Source: a virus (Duplodnaviria > Caudoviricetes). Taken from it: 55,648 nucleotides of DNA. The position numbers and the translations under genes were made by a program. Below, in pieces: positions 1 to 9,144 of this stretch (its first letter is position 1; each line of letters starts with the position of its first letter). Below the pieces are notes generated by a model, which worked only from the letters and a program-made list of their open reading frames with translations, searched no databases and was not told the DNA's origin. The stretch is from positions 1 through 55,648 of the IMG/VR virus record IMGVR_UViG_3300017756_003602. One strand, 5' to 3'.

Positions 1-1209
1 TTAGTTTATGATGGTGCGTGTCATTTGCGTGTCTTTTTGGTTCGTTTTCTCATATTCCTCGATAAATCTACCGTAATGCCTAAATAGCATTTCAGGTGAT
101 GCGTGGCCCATCCAATTTGCTAATTGCCACAGGTTTACACCTTGGCTTATATACCTGGTAGCAAACGTGTGTCTCATTTGGTAAGGGTAACGATAGCGAA
201 CGCCAGCAGATTTTAAGATCCGTGACCATTTGTGCTTTCTGAATGAGTCGGGATTGATCCGATTCATTTCCCCATTAGGGAGTTGAACCGGCATCCCAAT
301 TTTTTGAGGGAATACAAAATCGCCAGCAACAAAAGATAAAGCCTTTTGATCATTCAATGCTTGCATGGCTTCATCATTTAATGGGATCGCCCGTTTACCT
401 GCATTAGTCTTGGTTCCTTTCATTTGGTGGTGAACGATTGCCACTTTCACAACTACCATTTTATTAATGAAGTCTATATCTTCCCAGCGCAGTGCAGACC
501 ATTCGCTAGGTCGCATGCCTGTATTGAACACAAACCTAATTACGTTAACTTCCCAACCTTTCGCCTTTTTGATAATGGCGTTAACTTCCTCAGGAGTGAA
601 TGGGTCGATATCGTTATGATCACCATCAAGGTTCACTTTGTTATCTTTTTCAACATAGTTTGAAAGCTTGATAGTATCGATAGGGTTTATGTCTACTAGG
701 CCATCCGTCAGAGCTTCAGCTAGTGCGCTTCTTAAATAGCTAAACTTGTTGCGCAATGTCTTTGGCGAATTACCCGACTTTCTAACAAAGTCTTTGAGTA
801 AAGCGGGGGTGAGTTCGCTTACTGGTATATCGTGAAGAGTAGACAATGATTTTTTCAGTTTGCGATAACCTTCAAGGGTAGACGGTGAAAGGCCGCGTAA
901 TTTGGCCGCGTCCTGATATTCATCTAAGTAATCAAGTACGGTTTTCGTTCTGTCTACCTTCCTGCCGAAAATACGAAGCTTGGCAGAATTAGGAAAGTAG
1001 TCAGCATACTGAAAAGTTTTTCGCTCAATGGCGTTTTGAATTTCGCCTAGTAGGTTATCTGCGTATTTAATATTTCTTGTTGTGGGTTCAATCCGCAACA
1101 CCTCACGGCAGCGAACACCTTTATAGGTGAACGCTACCTGTAATGATTCGCTGGCACGGTTCTGCTTTATGCTTACGCCGCGCGGCAGCTTCCTCCGTTT
1201 CTCGCCCAT
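1..1209 (-). CDS. int: Tyrosine integrase with N-terminal Arm-DNA-binding domain
   Basis: TGMRPSE catalytic Arg box, YQMRHTFAT (H-x-x-R variant), MGH and HYG motifs; N-terminal FTYKGVRCRE...IERKTFQYADYFPNS Arm-binding signature. Confidence 0.95.
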   Translation of the reverse strand: MGEKRRKLPRGVSIKQNRASESLQVAFTYKGVRCREVLRIEPTTRNIKYADNLLGEIQNAIERKTFQYADYFPNSAKLRIFGRKVDRTKTVLDYLDEYQDAAKLRGLSPSTLEGYRKLKKSLSTLHDIPVSELTPALLKDFVRKSGNSPKTLRNKFSYLRSALAEALTDGLVDINPIDTIKLSNYVEKDNKVNLDGDHNDIDPFTPEEVNAIIKKAKGWEVNVIRFVFNTGMRPSEWSALRWEDIDFINKMVVVKVAIVHHQMKGTKTNAGKRAIPLNDEAMQALNDQKALSFVAGDFVFPQKIGMPVQLPNGEMNRINPDSFRKHKWSRILKSAGVRYRYPYQMRHTFATRYISQGVNLWQLANWMGHASPEMLFRHYGRFIEEYEKTNQKDTQMTRTIIN

Positions 1210-1367
1210 TCTTCCACCGCCTTAATATCGATCCATCGCTCGCGAACTTTGCTTATTTTATAATAGTGTACACCTTCAACCCAAATGCCGCGCTCTATTC
1301 TTGCTTCAACTGCAGCCTTGGTTTCATGGCTCATTGCACAATAAGCTTTTAAAGGAACTACGTTCAT
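1173..1367 (-). CDS. xis: Excisionase (DUF1233-like)
   Basis: 64 aa, WVEGVHYYK...WIDIKAVEEW pattern, overlaps start of int. Confidence 0.8.
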   Translation of the reverse strand: MNVVPLKAYCAMSHETKAAVEARIERGIWVEGVHYYKISKVRERWIDIKAVEEWARNGGSCRAA

Positions 1368-1975
1368 AGCTTAACCCCTTCAGAATTATCCAGCATATCT
1401 AACAATCTGCCCTCACTTAGCGGAGCCCTCATAGGGGAATTTTCATCAAACTCATCGCTGTAATTCATCTTAGGCCGGATTAAATGTATGTATAGGCTTT
1501 CAAGCGCATCAAGCTTACCCTCGTCACATTTTATGTAGCAGTATGAGTCAAACTTGCCAAGATTATCCCTTACGTGAGAGCCTAGCCTACTGAGCAACTT
1601 CCTGCTCTGTCCAACGTAAACAACTTCGTCATCCTTTATTAGAAAATAAACACCAGAAGATAAACCGACAGAAGTCGCTTTCTCTACTATCTTGCGTTCA
1701 CCCATCAACTCTCCACCTAAACACGCGTGCGCTGAGGTCATAACTCTATTGCAAAAACGCTCCCTTTCCTTAATGTACCTATTGACATGAATGCTGCTGT
1801 ATCGTTTTACGTTGCCCTTAATTAGCTCTATCGGCTTAGGGAAATCAGGGTCAAAATCTGGGTGCCTAGGGTTTGTAATCCTTTCGAAATCAGCTTCCTC
1901 CATGCCCAAATGCTTCATCAATGCCTCCTTCGTCAAGAGCCTGCAATCTGGGATTTTTTTTAATTTTTTATTCAC
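1364..1975 (-). CDS. AlpA-like HTH fused to GIY-YIG nuclease domain
   Basis: N-terminal DPDFPKPIEL...RYSSIHVNRYI (AlpA-like); C-terminal SGVYFL-x6-VYVGQS...RL..H...LESLYI...PKMN (GIY-YIG). Confidence 0.7.
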   Translation of the reverse strand: MNKKLKKIPDCRLLTKEALMKHLGMEEADFERITNPRHPDFDPDFPKPIELIKGNVKRYSSIHVNRYIKERERFCNRVMTSAHACLGGELMGERKIVEKATSVGLSSGVYFLIKDDEVVYVGQSRKLLSRLGSHVRDNLGKFDSYCYIKCDEGKLDALESLYIHLIRPKMNYSDEFDENSPMRAPLSEGRLLDMLDNSEGVKL

Positions 1976-2235
1976 GCCACTTCCCCCTTCAATACACTTT
2001 CAAGATATACGATGCGCTCAATGTCATTCCGAGAGCGGATGAACTCTGGAAACTCGATGCAGTTACCTGGCATTTCTCGCCAATATGGGTTTGGGTCTGT
2101 GCCGTTGTCATCCATCCACACTGAGTAAACGCCAGCAACTTCATACCTAAGCCATGTTGGAGGAGTGTCAATCATAGAAGTTGAAACATGCGTCCAGCCT
2201 TCAGGCCCACTCTCTAATAATTCTTGGTTAGTCAT
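1972..2235 (-). CDS. Phage hypothetical protein
   Basis: PEGWTH motif typical of small phage proteins; overlapping start/stop with neighbours. Confidence 0.7.
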   Translation of the reverse strand: MTNQELLESGPEGWTHVSTSMIDTPPTWLRYEVAGVYSVWMDDNGTDPNPYWREMPGNCIEFPEFIRSRNDIERIVYLESVLKGEVA

Positions 2236-2794
2236 TGGCTGGCCCTTCTATTACTTCATATTGCTCTTTAATCGCAGAAACTGAAACTGATAGCTCTACA
2301 TCTTCACTGTCCAACATATCCCACGCTTGCGCCTTGGTTAGTGTCGGCTTGATTGGTTTTATTTCTTCAGCCCCAACAGGGATATAACGTCCGTTGCCTA
2401 AAAGAATAACTATATCCCCATCTGAGTCAGGTTCATCTATTAATACTTTACACTTATCACCATAGAAGTCGTGCGTCCACTTCTCGCCCTCTTGCTCTAC
2501 TTCCACAAAGTCACCCTGAGCGTCTTTTGCTATCTTCTCTAGGTTTTCACGAGTAGCTTTGAAGCGCGGTTTCTCCACCGCATCAGCAACGGTTTTTGTT
2601 TGCTCTAGTTGCGGCGTTTTTGTGATTGACTCGGCAAACGTAGGGCGCTTAGCCACAAGCTCCCAGCCCATAGAAATACCCCGGTGACCATCTAAAAAGA
2701 TATTTCTGTCGTTATCGACAAACGCTAATTGCTGACCTCTTTGAGCTACACCTATTGCACCCTCTGGCGCTAATTTCCAATTAATTTTATTCAC
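2228..2794 (-). CDS. Phage hypothetical protein
   Basis: 188 aa, INWKLAPEGA start; translational coupling with neighbours. Confidence 0.75.
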   Translation of the reverse strand: MNKINWKLAPEGAIGVAQRGQQLAFVDNDRNIFLDGHRGISMGWELVAKRPTFAESITKTPQLEQTKTVADAVEKPRFKATRENLEKIAKDAQGDFVEVEQEGEKWTHDFYGDKCKVLIDEPDSDGDIVILLGNGRYIPVGAEEIKPIKPTLTKAQAWDMLDSEDVELSVSVSAIKEQYEVIEGPAND

Positions 2795-3291
2795 GCCGCT
2801 TCCTCCATTTTGTTATTTTCCCACGTAGACAAGTAATCAAACGCACCTAGCTTGGTGTAAACCTTATCTAGTGTTTCAATTTCTAAATCTACCTTTTCAC
2901 CGATAGCGGGAACGGCTACCCATGCCAGGGTGATAACGTGTAGGTTATTTTGTTTTGCTAAAAACGCTTTGTGGTGCGTGTTTAGAAATTCGTTAAGTCT
3001 TGGGTCAGACTGGCGATAAGCTGACTCACAATGAACCGTTTCGCTAACGATGTACTCTTTGCCTTGTTGGTCACGGCATACTACTGAACACTCGAAATAC
3101 CATTTCCACGGTAGGCCAGCGATAAGTTCAGCGACTTGTTGAGAAACCTTAACTTCATTACACGATTTGTAATTCATTACCGCGCAATACTTTGCTTCAC
3201 CTAATACCATGGCAATGCAAAGGTTTTTAAGCGCAGTTCTAGCAATCATTTGCTTGCGCTTGATTGGGGTGTTTGCTTTGCGCTTACTCAC
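2791..3291 (-). CDS. Phage hypothetical protein
   Basis: 166 aa ORF with GTGA overlaps at both ends. Confidence 0.75.
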   Translation of the reverse strand: MSKRKANTPIKRKQMIARTALKNLCIAMVLGEAKYCAVMNYKSCNEVKVSQQVAELIAGLPWKWYFECSVVCRDQQGKEYIVSETVHCESAYRQSDPRLNEFLNTHHKAFLAKQNNLHVITLAWVAVPAIGEKVDLEIETLDKVYTKLGAFDYLSTWENNKMEEAA

Positions 3292-3533
3292 TGGCTTTCT
3301 CCTTGCTCAAAAACAGAATCAGGGAATGGTGTTAGCGATGTGAGGTTTATGTTAAACATTTCATCTTTGTCATATTCCAACTTTTCAACTAGTTGGTCTA
3401 CAAACGGTTTAGCTTTACCGTGAAGATGAAACCAGCCAAACCCCCAAGCAAACTTATACTGGCCAGTAGGTGCGCCAAGATTAAAGTTTACGTTATAGAA
3501 GCATTGCACTCGCGTTTGCTCGTCAAACTTCAT
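3288..3533 (-). CDS. Hypothetical protein (start revised to ATG at 3533, 81 aa)
   Basis: AAGGAG SD upstream, TGATG overlap with previous stop. Confidence 0.7.
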   Translation of the reverse strand: MKFDEQTRVQCFYNVNFNLGAPTGQYKFAWGFGWFHLHGKAKPFVDQLVEKLEYDKDEMFNINLTSLTPFPDSVFEQGESQ

Positions 3534-3773
3534 CACTCTTGCTCCTTGCGTAGTTTCCACGAATAACAGTTTGAGTAACTAAACTCTGCTCTCTCTACAA
3601 CGCCCGCCACTTCCATTTGCTTTAAAAGCCTTAGCGCTTGTGGAGTTTTAATGTCAAGAAGCCTAGCTACTTGGTAAGTGCGGCACTGTTCAAATTCTTG
3701 AAGATATTTAACAGCCTTATAATACCAGTCACTCCCTATTAGATGGCCCATCACTCTTGCTCCTTGCGTAGTT
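3531..3773 (-). repeat. 25-bp direct repeat AACTACGCAAGGAGCAAGAGTGATG (copies 3531-3555 and 3749-3773; rearranged partial copy 3994-4014)
   Basis: Exact match read from sequence; contains SD, stop and start codons. Confidence 0.9.
3533..3751 (-). CDS. Small winged-HTH protein (start revised to ATG at 3751, 72 aa)
   Basis: CRTYQVARLLDIKTPQALRLLKQMEVAGVVER...YSW pattern; SD in repeat. Confidence 0.65.
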   Translation of the reverse strand: MGHLIGSDWYYKAVKYLQEFEQCRTYQVARLLDIKTPQALRLLKQMEVAGVVERAEFSYSNCYSWKLRKEQE

Positions 3774-3981
3774 GTTCTAAAGTTCCGACACAAAGAAAGT
3801 CCAGAATGTCCATTATCCTACTAACCGCAAGAAAGCAGAACATACAACCTCCGCAAAAAAACAGCCCCGCGTAAAATATCCAAAACTGATTATCTTGTGT
3901 AAAGCAAACGTACAGCGAAATGGCTATTGCAACCGAAGAGAGCACAAAGTAAAAAAACACATAAAGTTTATCAGCAATCAC
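3751..3981 (-). CDS. Small two-TM membrane protein
   Basis: Two hydrophobic stretches; coupled start/stop. Confidence 0.65.
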   Translation of the reverse strand: MIADKLYVFFYFVLSSVAIAISLYVCFTQDNQFWIFYAGLFFCGGCMFCFLAVSRIMDILDFLCVGTLEQLRKEQE

Positions 3982-4397
3982 GACTCACCCCCTTTGCGTA
4001 GTTGCTCTTGCTCCACAAACATGGCGCCTAAGCTAGTTAACCTTTTATTTGCGCCCTTTTTATCATTAACAAGAAACCCGCCATCTACGGCAATATTGTA
4101 GGCAGTATGCCCTGACCAATACCCCATGGTTTGATCACGCAGGGTTTTAAATAGTTGGTCACGCATTTCCGATACTGGCGCATCTGATAAATCGCCAGAC
4201 CATCTAGCTTTATATAAAGGTTCGATGATGCTATCTATTACACGCTCATTAGCCTTTGCTAGTTGCTTATTTAAACAAGTAATCTGCTCTAGTAGCCCAG
4301 GTATATCTTCAACGTAGTAGAGCTTTTTGCCATCAGCCCAGGCTTCTTTCAATTCGCAGGTATCTTTCATGGCTGGGTCAAAGTTTTTATCACTCAC
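3978..4397 (-). CDS. Phage hypothetical protein
   Basis: 139 aa, coupled; ends EQEQLRKGGES, similar to neighbours. Confidence 0.7.
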   Translation of the reverse strand: MSDKNFDPAMKDTCELKEAWADGKKLYYVEDIPGLLEQITCLNKQLAKANERVIDSIIEPLYKARWSGDLSDAPVSEMRDQLFKTLRDQTMGYWSGHTAYNIAVDGGFLVNDKKGANKRLTSLGAMFVEQEQLRKGGES

Positions 4398-4582
4398 GCC
4401 ACTCTCCCCATTTGTGCTTGACCTTGAATAGTGTCGATTAATGCCGATGCACGGTTTTTCGAAAGCCCTGTTTTCTGGCGCACCGTTTCAATACTTTCAC
4501 CCGCCTCTAGTAGATTCTGAACACGTGCTACCACAGTGGCATGAATGCGTATTGGCTTGTTGTTTATTATGATTGTGGTCAT
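4394..4582 (-). CDS. Small HTH protein
   Basis: LLEAGESIETVRQKTGLSKNRA HTH-like pattern; AAGGA SD. Confidence 0.6.
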   Translation of the reverse strand: MTTIIINNKPIRIHATVVARVQNLLEAGESIETVRQKTGLSKNRASALIDTIQGQAQMGRVA

Positions 4583-4594
4583 GGGTTTTCCTTT

Positions 4595-4613
4595 AGCCCC
4601 CGAAGGGGCTTTT
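4595..4613. terminator. GC-rich hairpin AGCCCC-CGAA-GGGGCT followed by TTT (UUCG loop on minus strand)
   Basis: Perfect inverted repeat in intergenic gap; the same 14-mer occurs inverted at 9126-9139. Confidence 0.5.
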
Positions 4614-4620
4614 AAAGTGA

Positions 4621-5775
4621 TTAAGCGGCTTTAGGTGAAACAAGCACTTCACGTGCACCGTTATGACCTGGCTTACTTACAATGCCTTCAGCCTCCATCT
4701 GCTCAATTAAACGAGCGGCACGGTTGAAGCCAATTTTAAATTTGCGTTGCACTGCTGAAACTGATGCGCGTCTTGTCTCGCGCACGAACTTAACCGCTTC
4801 ATCGTAGAAAACGTCTTTACCTTCACTGTTTACGAAAGGGTTTGGTTGGTCTTCTTCAGCTTCATCAGAGGCAGGCTGGCTACTACTTTCTTCGGTTAAC
4901 TGAAATGCAGCATCAATCAACTTTATAAAGCCGAGCAGGGTGCTTACATACAGATAAACATCAGCATCGAAACGCGCTTCTGCTTGGTCTTTCGGAATAT
5001 CGTCATTTTCTTCAAGAACGCGATCAGCTAACTTGATGCGCTTGATTGAACCGTCTTCACATAGGATGGCGGTGAAAGCCTCGTCATACTCAAACGCTAC
5101 TTTCTGAACCAGCTTGCCAGCGTCCAAATGGTTTATTACTTCATCAGTGTCAAGCGCTTGGTTTTTCACGCGCACTAGACCGCCCGTATCATCAGTAGCT
5201 TTTAACTCTGCTTCTTCTAACAGGTTGATGGTGTCAGGCGTGGTGTCGGTAACCCAGTGAGTCAGTTCAGATTGAATGCTGCGGCGAGCAAATGGAACAA
5301 CGGGAAGTGAACCAATAGCTTTGCGAACCATAGCAAGCCAAGCTTCAGCTTGTGAGTCTGAGCTAGCGTGAATAATTACCAGATTGCTTTCAGGAATGAT
5401 TGTGCCGTAAGTGCTTTTGCGGTTGGTGAAAGCTTGTGGCAGCAATTTGGTGATAATCTCTTGCTTTATATCAGCCTTTGCTTTTTTACCAACCGGCGCA
5501 CCTGTTTCCATTTCGATGCGCTCAACTACTTCTTCAAGCTCTTGATTGACTACGCTGCCTGGTAAAAGCTTTTCTTCTTTCTGAATACGGATAGTGAACA
5601 TGCCTTGTGCAACATGCGCGAATAAACCACCGATACAGCGAGCAAAGCCCATCGTAGCCAAGTCGTGTGCACCGCAATGGCGAAATTCATGCTCACCTAA
5701 TAACTCCTCAAATGCTTCGCTGCTAAATGCCAAAGGTTGAGTAATTGTGTAAATCTTTGCGTTTTTGAAAATCAT
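4621..5775 (-). CDS. rdgC: Recombination-associated protein RdgC with C-terminal FtsK gamma domain
   Basis: [37 protein letters not shown]-like RdgC motifs; C-terminal [47 protein letters not shown]...GAREVL = FtsK gamma wHTH. Confidence 0.9.
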   Translation of the reverse strand: MIFKNAKIYTITQPLAFSSEAFEELLGEHEFRHCGAHDLATMGFARCIGGLFAHVAQGMFTIRIQKEEKLLPGSVVNQELEEVVERIEMETGAPVGKKAKADIKQEIITKLLPQAFTNRKSTYGTIIPESNLVIIHASSDSQAEAWLAMVRKAIGSLPVVPFARRSIQSELTHWVTDTTPDTINLLEEAELKATDDTGGLVRVKNQALDTDEVINHLDAGKLVQKVAFEYDEAFTAILCEDGSIKRIKLADRVLEENDDIPKDQAEARFDADVYLYVSTLLGFIKLIDAAFQLTEESSSQPASDEAEEDQPNPFVNSEGKDVFYDEAVKFVRETRRASVSAVQRKFKIGFNRAARLIEQMEAEGIVSKPGHNGAREVLVSPKAA

Positions 5776-5816
5776 AAAATTCTTTACCTTTTAGTAAGAA
5801 AAGTTACAGAGGTGGC

Positions 5817-6185
5817 CTAAGCCGCCTCTAACTCATAATTAACTGGGAACGGCGTGCGCGAGGTTATGTCTTTTATAAACTTGCGCACCGTTAGCATTTT
5901 TATTTCACCTGGGTTAGCCGTATCTCCCTCAGGGTCAATGGTGCTTCTCTTGAAAATCACGCGATCCATGTAGCGACCTGGCATTTCAGCGATAGAGAGA
6001 ATTTCATAAATCACTTTTCCTTCACCATGTGCCGTAAAGAAACGCTCACTAACGCTATGTCCGTCAGTTTCATCATGAACTTCACAGCCGCCAATCCAAT
6101 AGAGAGTTCCCATAAAGTGCTCAGCGCGAAACGGAAAAACCATTTCATACTTATCACCGGCTTTAAGGTCGGCGGCGTTCATCAC
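5817..6185 (-). CDS. Phage hypothetical protein
   Basis: 122 aa coupled ORF. Confidence 0.7.
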   Translation of the reverse strand: MMNAADLKAGDKYEMVFPFRAEHFMGTLYWIGGCEVHDETDGHSVSERFFTAHGEGKVIYEILSIAEMPGRYMDRVIFKRSTIDPEGDTANPGEIKMLTVRKFIKDITSRTPFPVNYELEAA

Positions 6186-7879
6186 GCCACCTTCTTCAAG
6201 TTGTTAGCCTTAACCGATTCAACGAACTCGCGTAAGTCGCTGGCGTAAGGCTTGTTGGCTTCTTCAACTAGCTTGGCTAGCTGATCCATAGCGTTAAGCT
6301 CCATTACTGAGTATTGACGCGTTGGTGCTTGTTCTTGTCGAACCACGCTAGGCGCTGGCTTCGCTTGCGGTTCTGGTTGAACTTCTTCTTTTGGCTCATG
6401 GGTGGGGGTTTCCTGTGCTAACTGGTTTGTTGCTGCCACGTATTGCTTGTTGCTTTCTGACTCAGCATCAAAACGGGCTTTCTCTTCCGCATCACGCTTG
6501 GCTTGCTCTTCTGCTCGAGCCTTCGCTTCAGCTTCACGTTGCAGTTTCGCTTGCTCTTCTTGGCGAATGCGTTCACGTTCTGCATCTTCTTTGGCTTTTT
6601 GTTCAGCACGGTAAGTTGCAATGCGAGCCGTTACCAACGTCTTGAAGTCCTCAGTTGCTTTGAAAGCAATTTGGGCCCAGTCGTTAAAGAGGAAATCGAA
6701 ACCGCGGTTATCAGCAATAACAAGCATGTTGGCTTGTGCTACTTCAACAAACTCAGCGATTTGAATTTTTGCTTTCGCCACTTCGGTATCAGCTGCGTCT
6801 TGAAGTGACTCAATAGTGCGCTTGCCTTTCATGGCCGTGAACGGGTCAAAGTTGCAGTAAGGCAGTGGTGCGTTAATCTTTTGCTCTGCCGCTTGCTCTA
6901 CTTTGCCAATTTCGGTGTTGGCCTTATCAAGAATTTCTTTGCGCAATTCTTCTTTGCGCGCTTTGATTTGCTTACCTTCAGCTAGTCGTGCCTGACGAAT
7001 CTGTTCAGAAATAAAGCGCATATCCTTCACAAAGGTATCGATTGAATCAATCTCACCCATAACGCGGTCACATGCGTCCTTAATGTCTTTCTCTGCTTTG
7101 GTGAAAACCTTTTGACGCGCTTCGGCATCGGCAAAGTCTTGGTCTGATTCAAGTGGCTTTTCAGATAGCGCTACAAGGTCAGTGGCAGCTTGCTTGTACG
7201 CTTCTAGGTTTGACTCTAGTGCTAGACCATTCATTTTGTAGTTGATGGCTGGCAGTTCGCGCACTGGGCCAGCTTCAACTTTTTCTACTTTTTCAGTAGG
7301 AACGTATGCTTCAAGGTCGGCTTTAAATTGCTTCCATCCGTTGATGACTTGCGTACGGCGCTCTGGTTGCGACTCGTACCACACCTGTTCGCGCTTTTCT
7401 TCGGTGCCATCAGTAATGGTGAATAAAATCTTTTCTGCACCACTTACAAGCATCTGATGTTCAAGTTGCGGCCAATGCGTATCTGGTACGATGCCGTTTT
7501 TAACCATTTCAGCAAACTCAGCATTCCACATTTTGCATTCCCAGCCGCGATCGCCCATCATGGTTAATCCATCCATTGAAGCTAGAAGCTTTAAACCTTC
7601 TACTTCGTTTGTGATAGTGGCAGGGTAGAGCTCCTCTTGAATAAAAGCTTCAGCAATTACACGCGCCAACTCTTCAACTTCATGCCCTTTATCGAATAGA
7701 CGCTGTTGCTGGTCGGCCACTTCTGGCGTTACGCCTGTCGCTTTCTGTTCAAGTAGCTCACTACGCTTGGTGTATTTGCTTAAACCAAGCATTGCCGCCG
7801 CTTCGCTCGCAGTGAAGTGCTGCTTACGCACTTCTAGCCATTTTTTTGAACCCTGCACTAAGTCAGTTAAAAAATTCAT
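6182..7879 (-). CDS. YqaJ/lambda-exonuclease family protein with long coiled-coil C-terminus
   Basis: QGSKKWLEVRK...FTASEAAAMLG, ASMDG, WECK, QLEHQ motifs. Confidence 0.9.
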   Translation of the reverse strand: MNFLTDLVQGSKKWLEVRKQHFTASEAAAMLGLSKYTKRSELLEQKATGVTPEVADQQQRLFDKGHEVEELARVIAEAFIQEELYPATITNEVEGLKLLASMDGLTMMGDRGWECKMWNAEFAEMVKNGIVPDTHWPQLEHQMLVSGAEKILFTITDGTEEKREQVWYESQPERRTQVINGWKQFKADLEAYVPTEKVEKVEAGPVRELPAINYKMNGLALESNLEAYKQAATDLVALSEKPLESDQDFADAEARQKVFTKAEKDIKDACDRVMGEIDSIDTFVKDMRFISEQIRQARLAEGKQIKARKEELRKEILDKANTEIGKVEQAAEQKINAPLPYCNFDPFTAMKGKRTIESLQDAADTEVAKAKIQIAEFVEVAQANMLVIADNRGFDFLFNDWAQIAFKATEDFKTLVTARIATYRAEQKAKEDAERERIRQEEQAKLQREAEAKARAEEQAKRDAEEKARFDAESESNKQYVAATNQLAQETPTHEPKEEVQPEPQAKPAPSVVRQEQAPTRQYSVMELNAMDQLAKLVEEANKPYASDLREFVESVKANNLKKVA

Positions 7880-8610
7880 GCCGCTTCTCCTTCAGGTAGA
7901 TTTTCGATTTTTTTGCGAATATCTTCGGGCAAGGTGTACTTACTGGTAATGTTCCCAATAATGCGATCAGTAGTCATTTTCCCGGCTTCGATTCCTGCAA
8001 TCCACGCTGAATTATTTGCGTCAAACTGCTCTTGCGTGTAAACGGGTAGGGCTTTTGATTCTGGCGCTGGGTTTATTTCACGCTCGCCGCTCGTTGCGTC
8101 TTTAATGCGCTCAGCTTCATCAGGGTCAACAATGCCGCTGATACCAAACGCATAACGACCAGCTTGGATAGTTGCTTTGTGGCGCAACATGCGGTTAGGC
8201 CATTGCTTCCATGTATCGGTGCCACGCTTACATTCGCTCATGTACTCAGTGACAGTGATAGGGCGCTTTGCGTCTTTGCGGTAAATAGAGCATTTGATAG
8301 CAACCAACTGGCCGTTATCTAAAATATCTTCATGCTCCATGCCATCAAACTGTTCATGGTTGGTGATAATCTTTAACCAGCCATCGATTGAAACGATGGG
8401 CTGAATGCCGCCGCCTTTTGCTGGGAAGGCATATATCTCCTTCACAAGCGGATTAAGCTTGTACTCATTGGCTACGGCCATGAATGAAACGAACTGCTCA
8501 TTACTGACCTGCTTACCGCTTGGCATTACCGTGTTGAATACAATGCTCGTTAACTCTTGCTCTGAAACTGCCAGGCGATTTGCCACCTGTGCTAATGCTG
8601 TGCTACCCAT
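7876..8610 (-). CDS. bet: Bet/RecT family single-strand annealing protein
   Basis: LNPLVKEIYAFP, PIVSIDGW, WKQWPNRMLRHKATIQAGRYAFG motifs. Confidence 0.9.
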   Translation of the reverse strand: MGSTALAQVANRLAVSEQELTSIVFNTVMPSGKQVSNEQFVSFMAVANEYKLNPLVKEIYAFPAKGGGIQPIVSIDGWLKIITNHEQFDGMEHEDILDNGQLVAIKCSIYRKDAKRPITVTEYMSECKRGTDTWKQWPNRMLRHKATIQAGRYAFGISGIVDPDEAERIKDATSGEREINPAPESKALPVYTQEQFDANNSAWIAGIEAGKMTTDRIIGNITSKYTLPEDIRKKIENLPEGEAA

Positions 8611-8764
8611 GGTTATTTGCTCCTTTAAGATTCTTTACCAGTCCAACTATTTCAACTTTCCAACCGTTAGGGCGGTTAACGACCATTGCGTGAAGCCCTA
8701 GCATTTTCCACATGCGCTTTTCAGCTAGCGCCTTGTGATACTCTTTGTGAGTCACGAAAATCAC
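8603..8764 (-). CDS. Small hypothetical protein (53 aa, MIFVTHKEYHKALAEKRMWK...), absent from ORF track
   Basis: Hand-translated; GTGA overlap with upstream stop; fills the gap and overlaps the bet start. Confidence 0.55.
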   Translation of the reverse strand: MIFVTHKEYHKALAEKRMWKMLGLHAMVVNRPNGWKVEIVGLVKNLKGANNHG

Positions 8765-9063
8765 GCTGCGTCCTCCATAGGGTTGCCATCCTTGGCAGAC
8801 GATGGAACTGTTTCAGTTGCTGGAAAAGGGTTGATTACATCAATAGGCACATCGACGTTGTTAGCCATTTCAAAAAACGCGTCTACGGCATCAGAATCGA
8901 TGTTTAGCGTTGTGCCAGGTACACCTTCACGACATAGCGTTACATCGGTGTCACGTGAATTGGTGATAGTTTCTAGGCGAGTAAAATACTCACTGCCATT
9001 TACGCCACTATCACGCCATTGAAGGCAAAATAAGCCTTTAGTGTTTGTGGTTCGGATTTCCAT
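8761..9063 (-). CDS. Phage hypothetical protein
   Basis: GAGGA SD, 100 aa. Confidence 0.7.
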   Translation of the reverse strand: MEIRTTNTKGLFCLQWRDSGVNGSEYFTRLETITNSRDTDVTLCREGVPGTTLNIDSDAVDAFFEMANNVDVPIDVINPFPATETVPSSAKDGNPMEDAA

Positions 9064-9144
9064 CGTTTATCATCCTCGTTGCTATGGCTGCTCTGTCCGT
9101 CCAAAACTTCGCAGCCGTGGTGTGTGCCCCTTCGGGGGCGCTGT

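Noticed and set aside
1-60. attL/attR core repeat
   Set aside because: Window is trimmed to gene ends; no matching repeat seen at the right end, so att sites cannot be called
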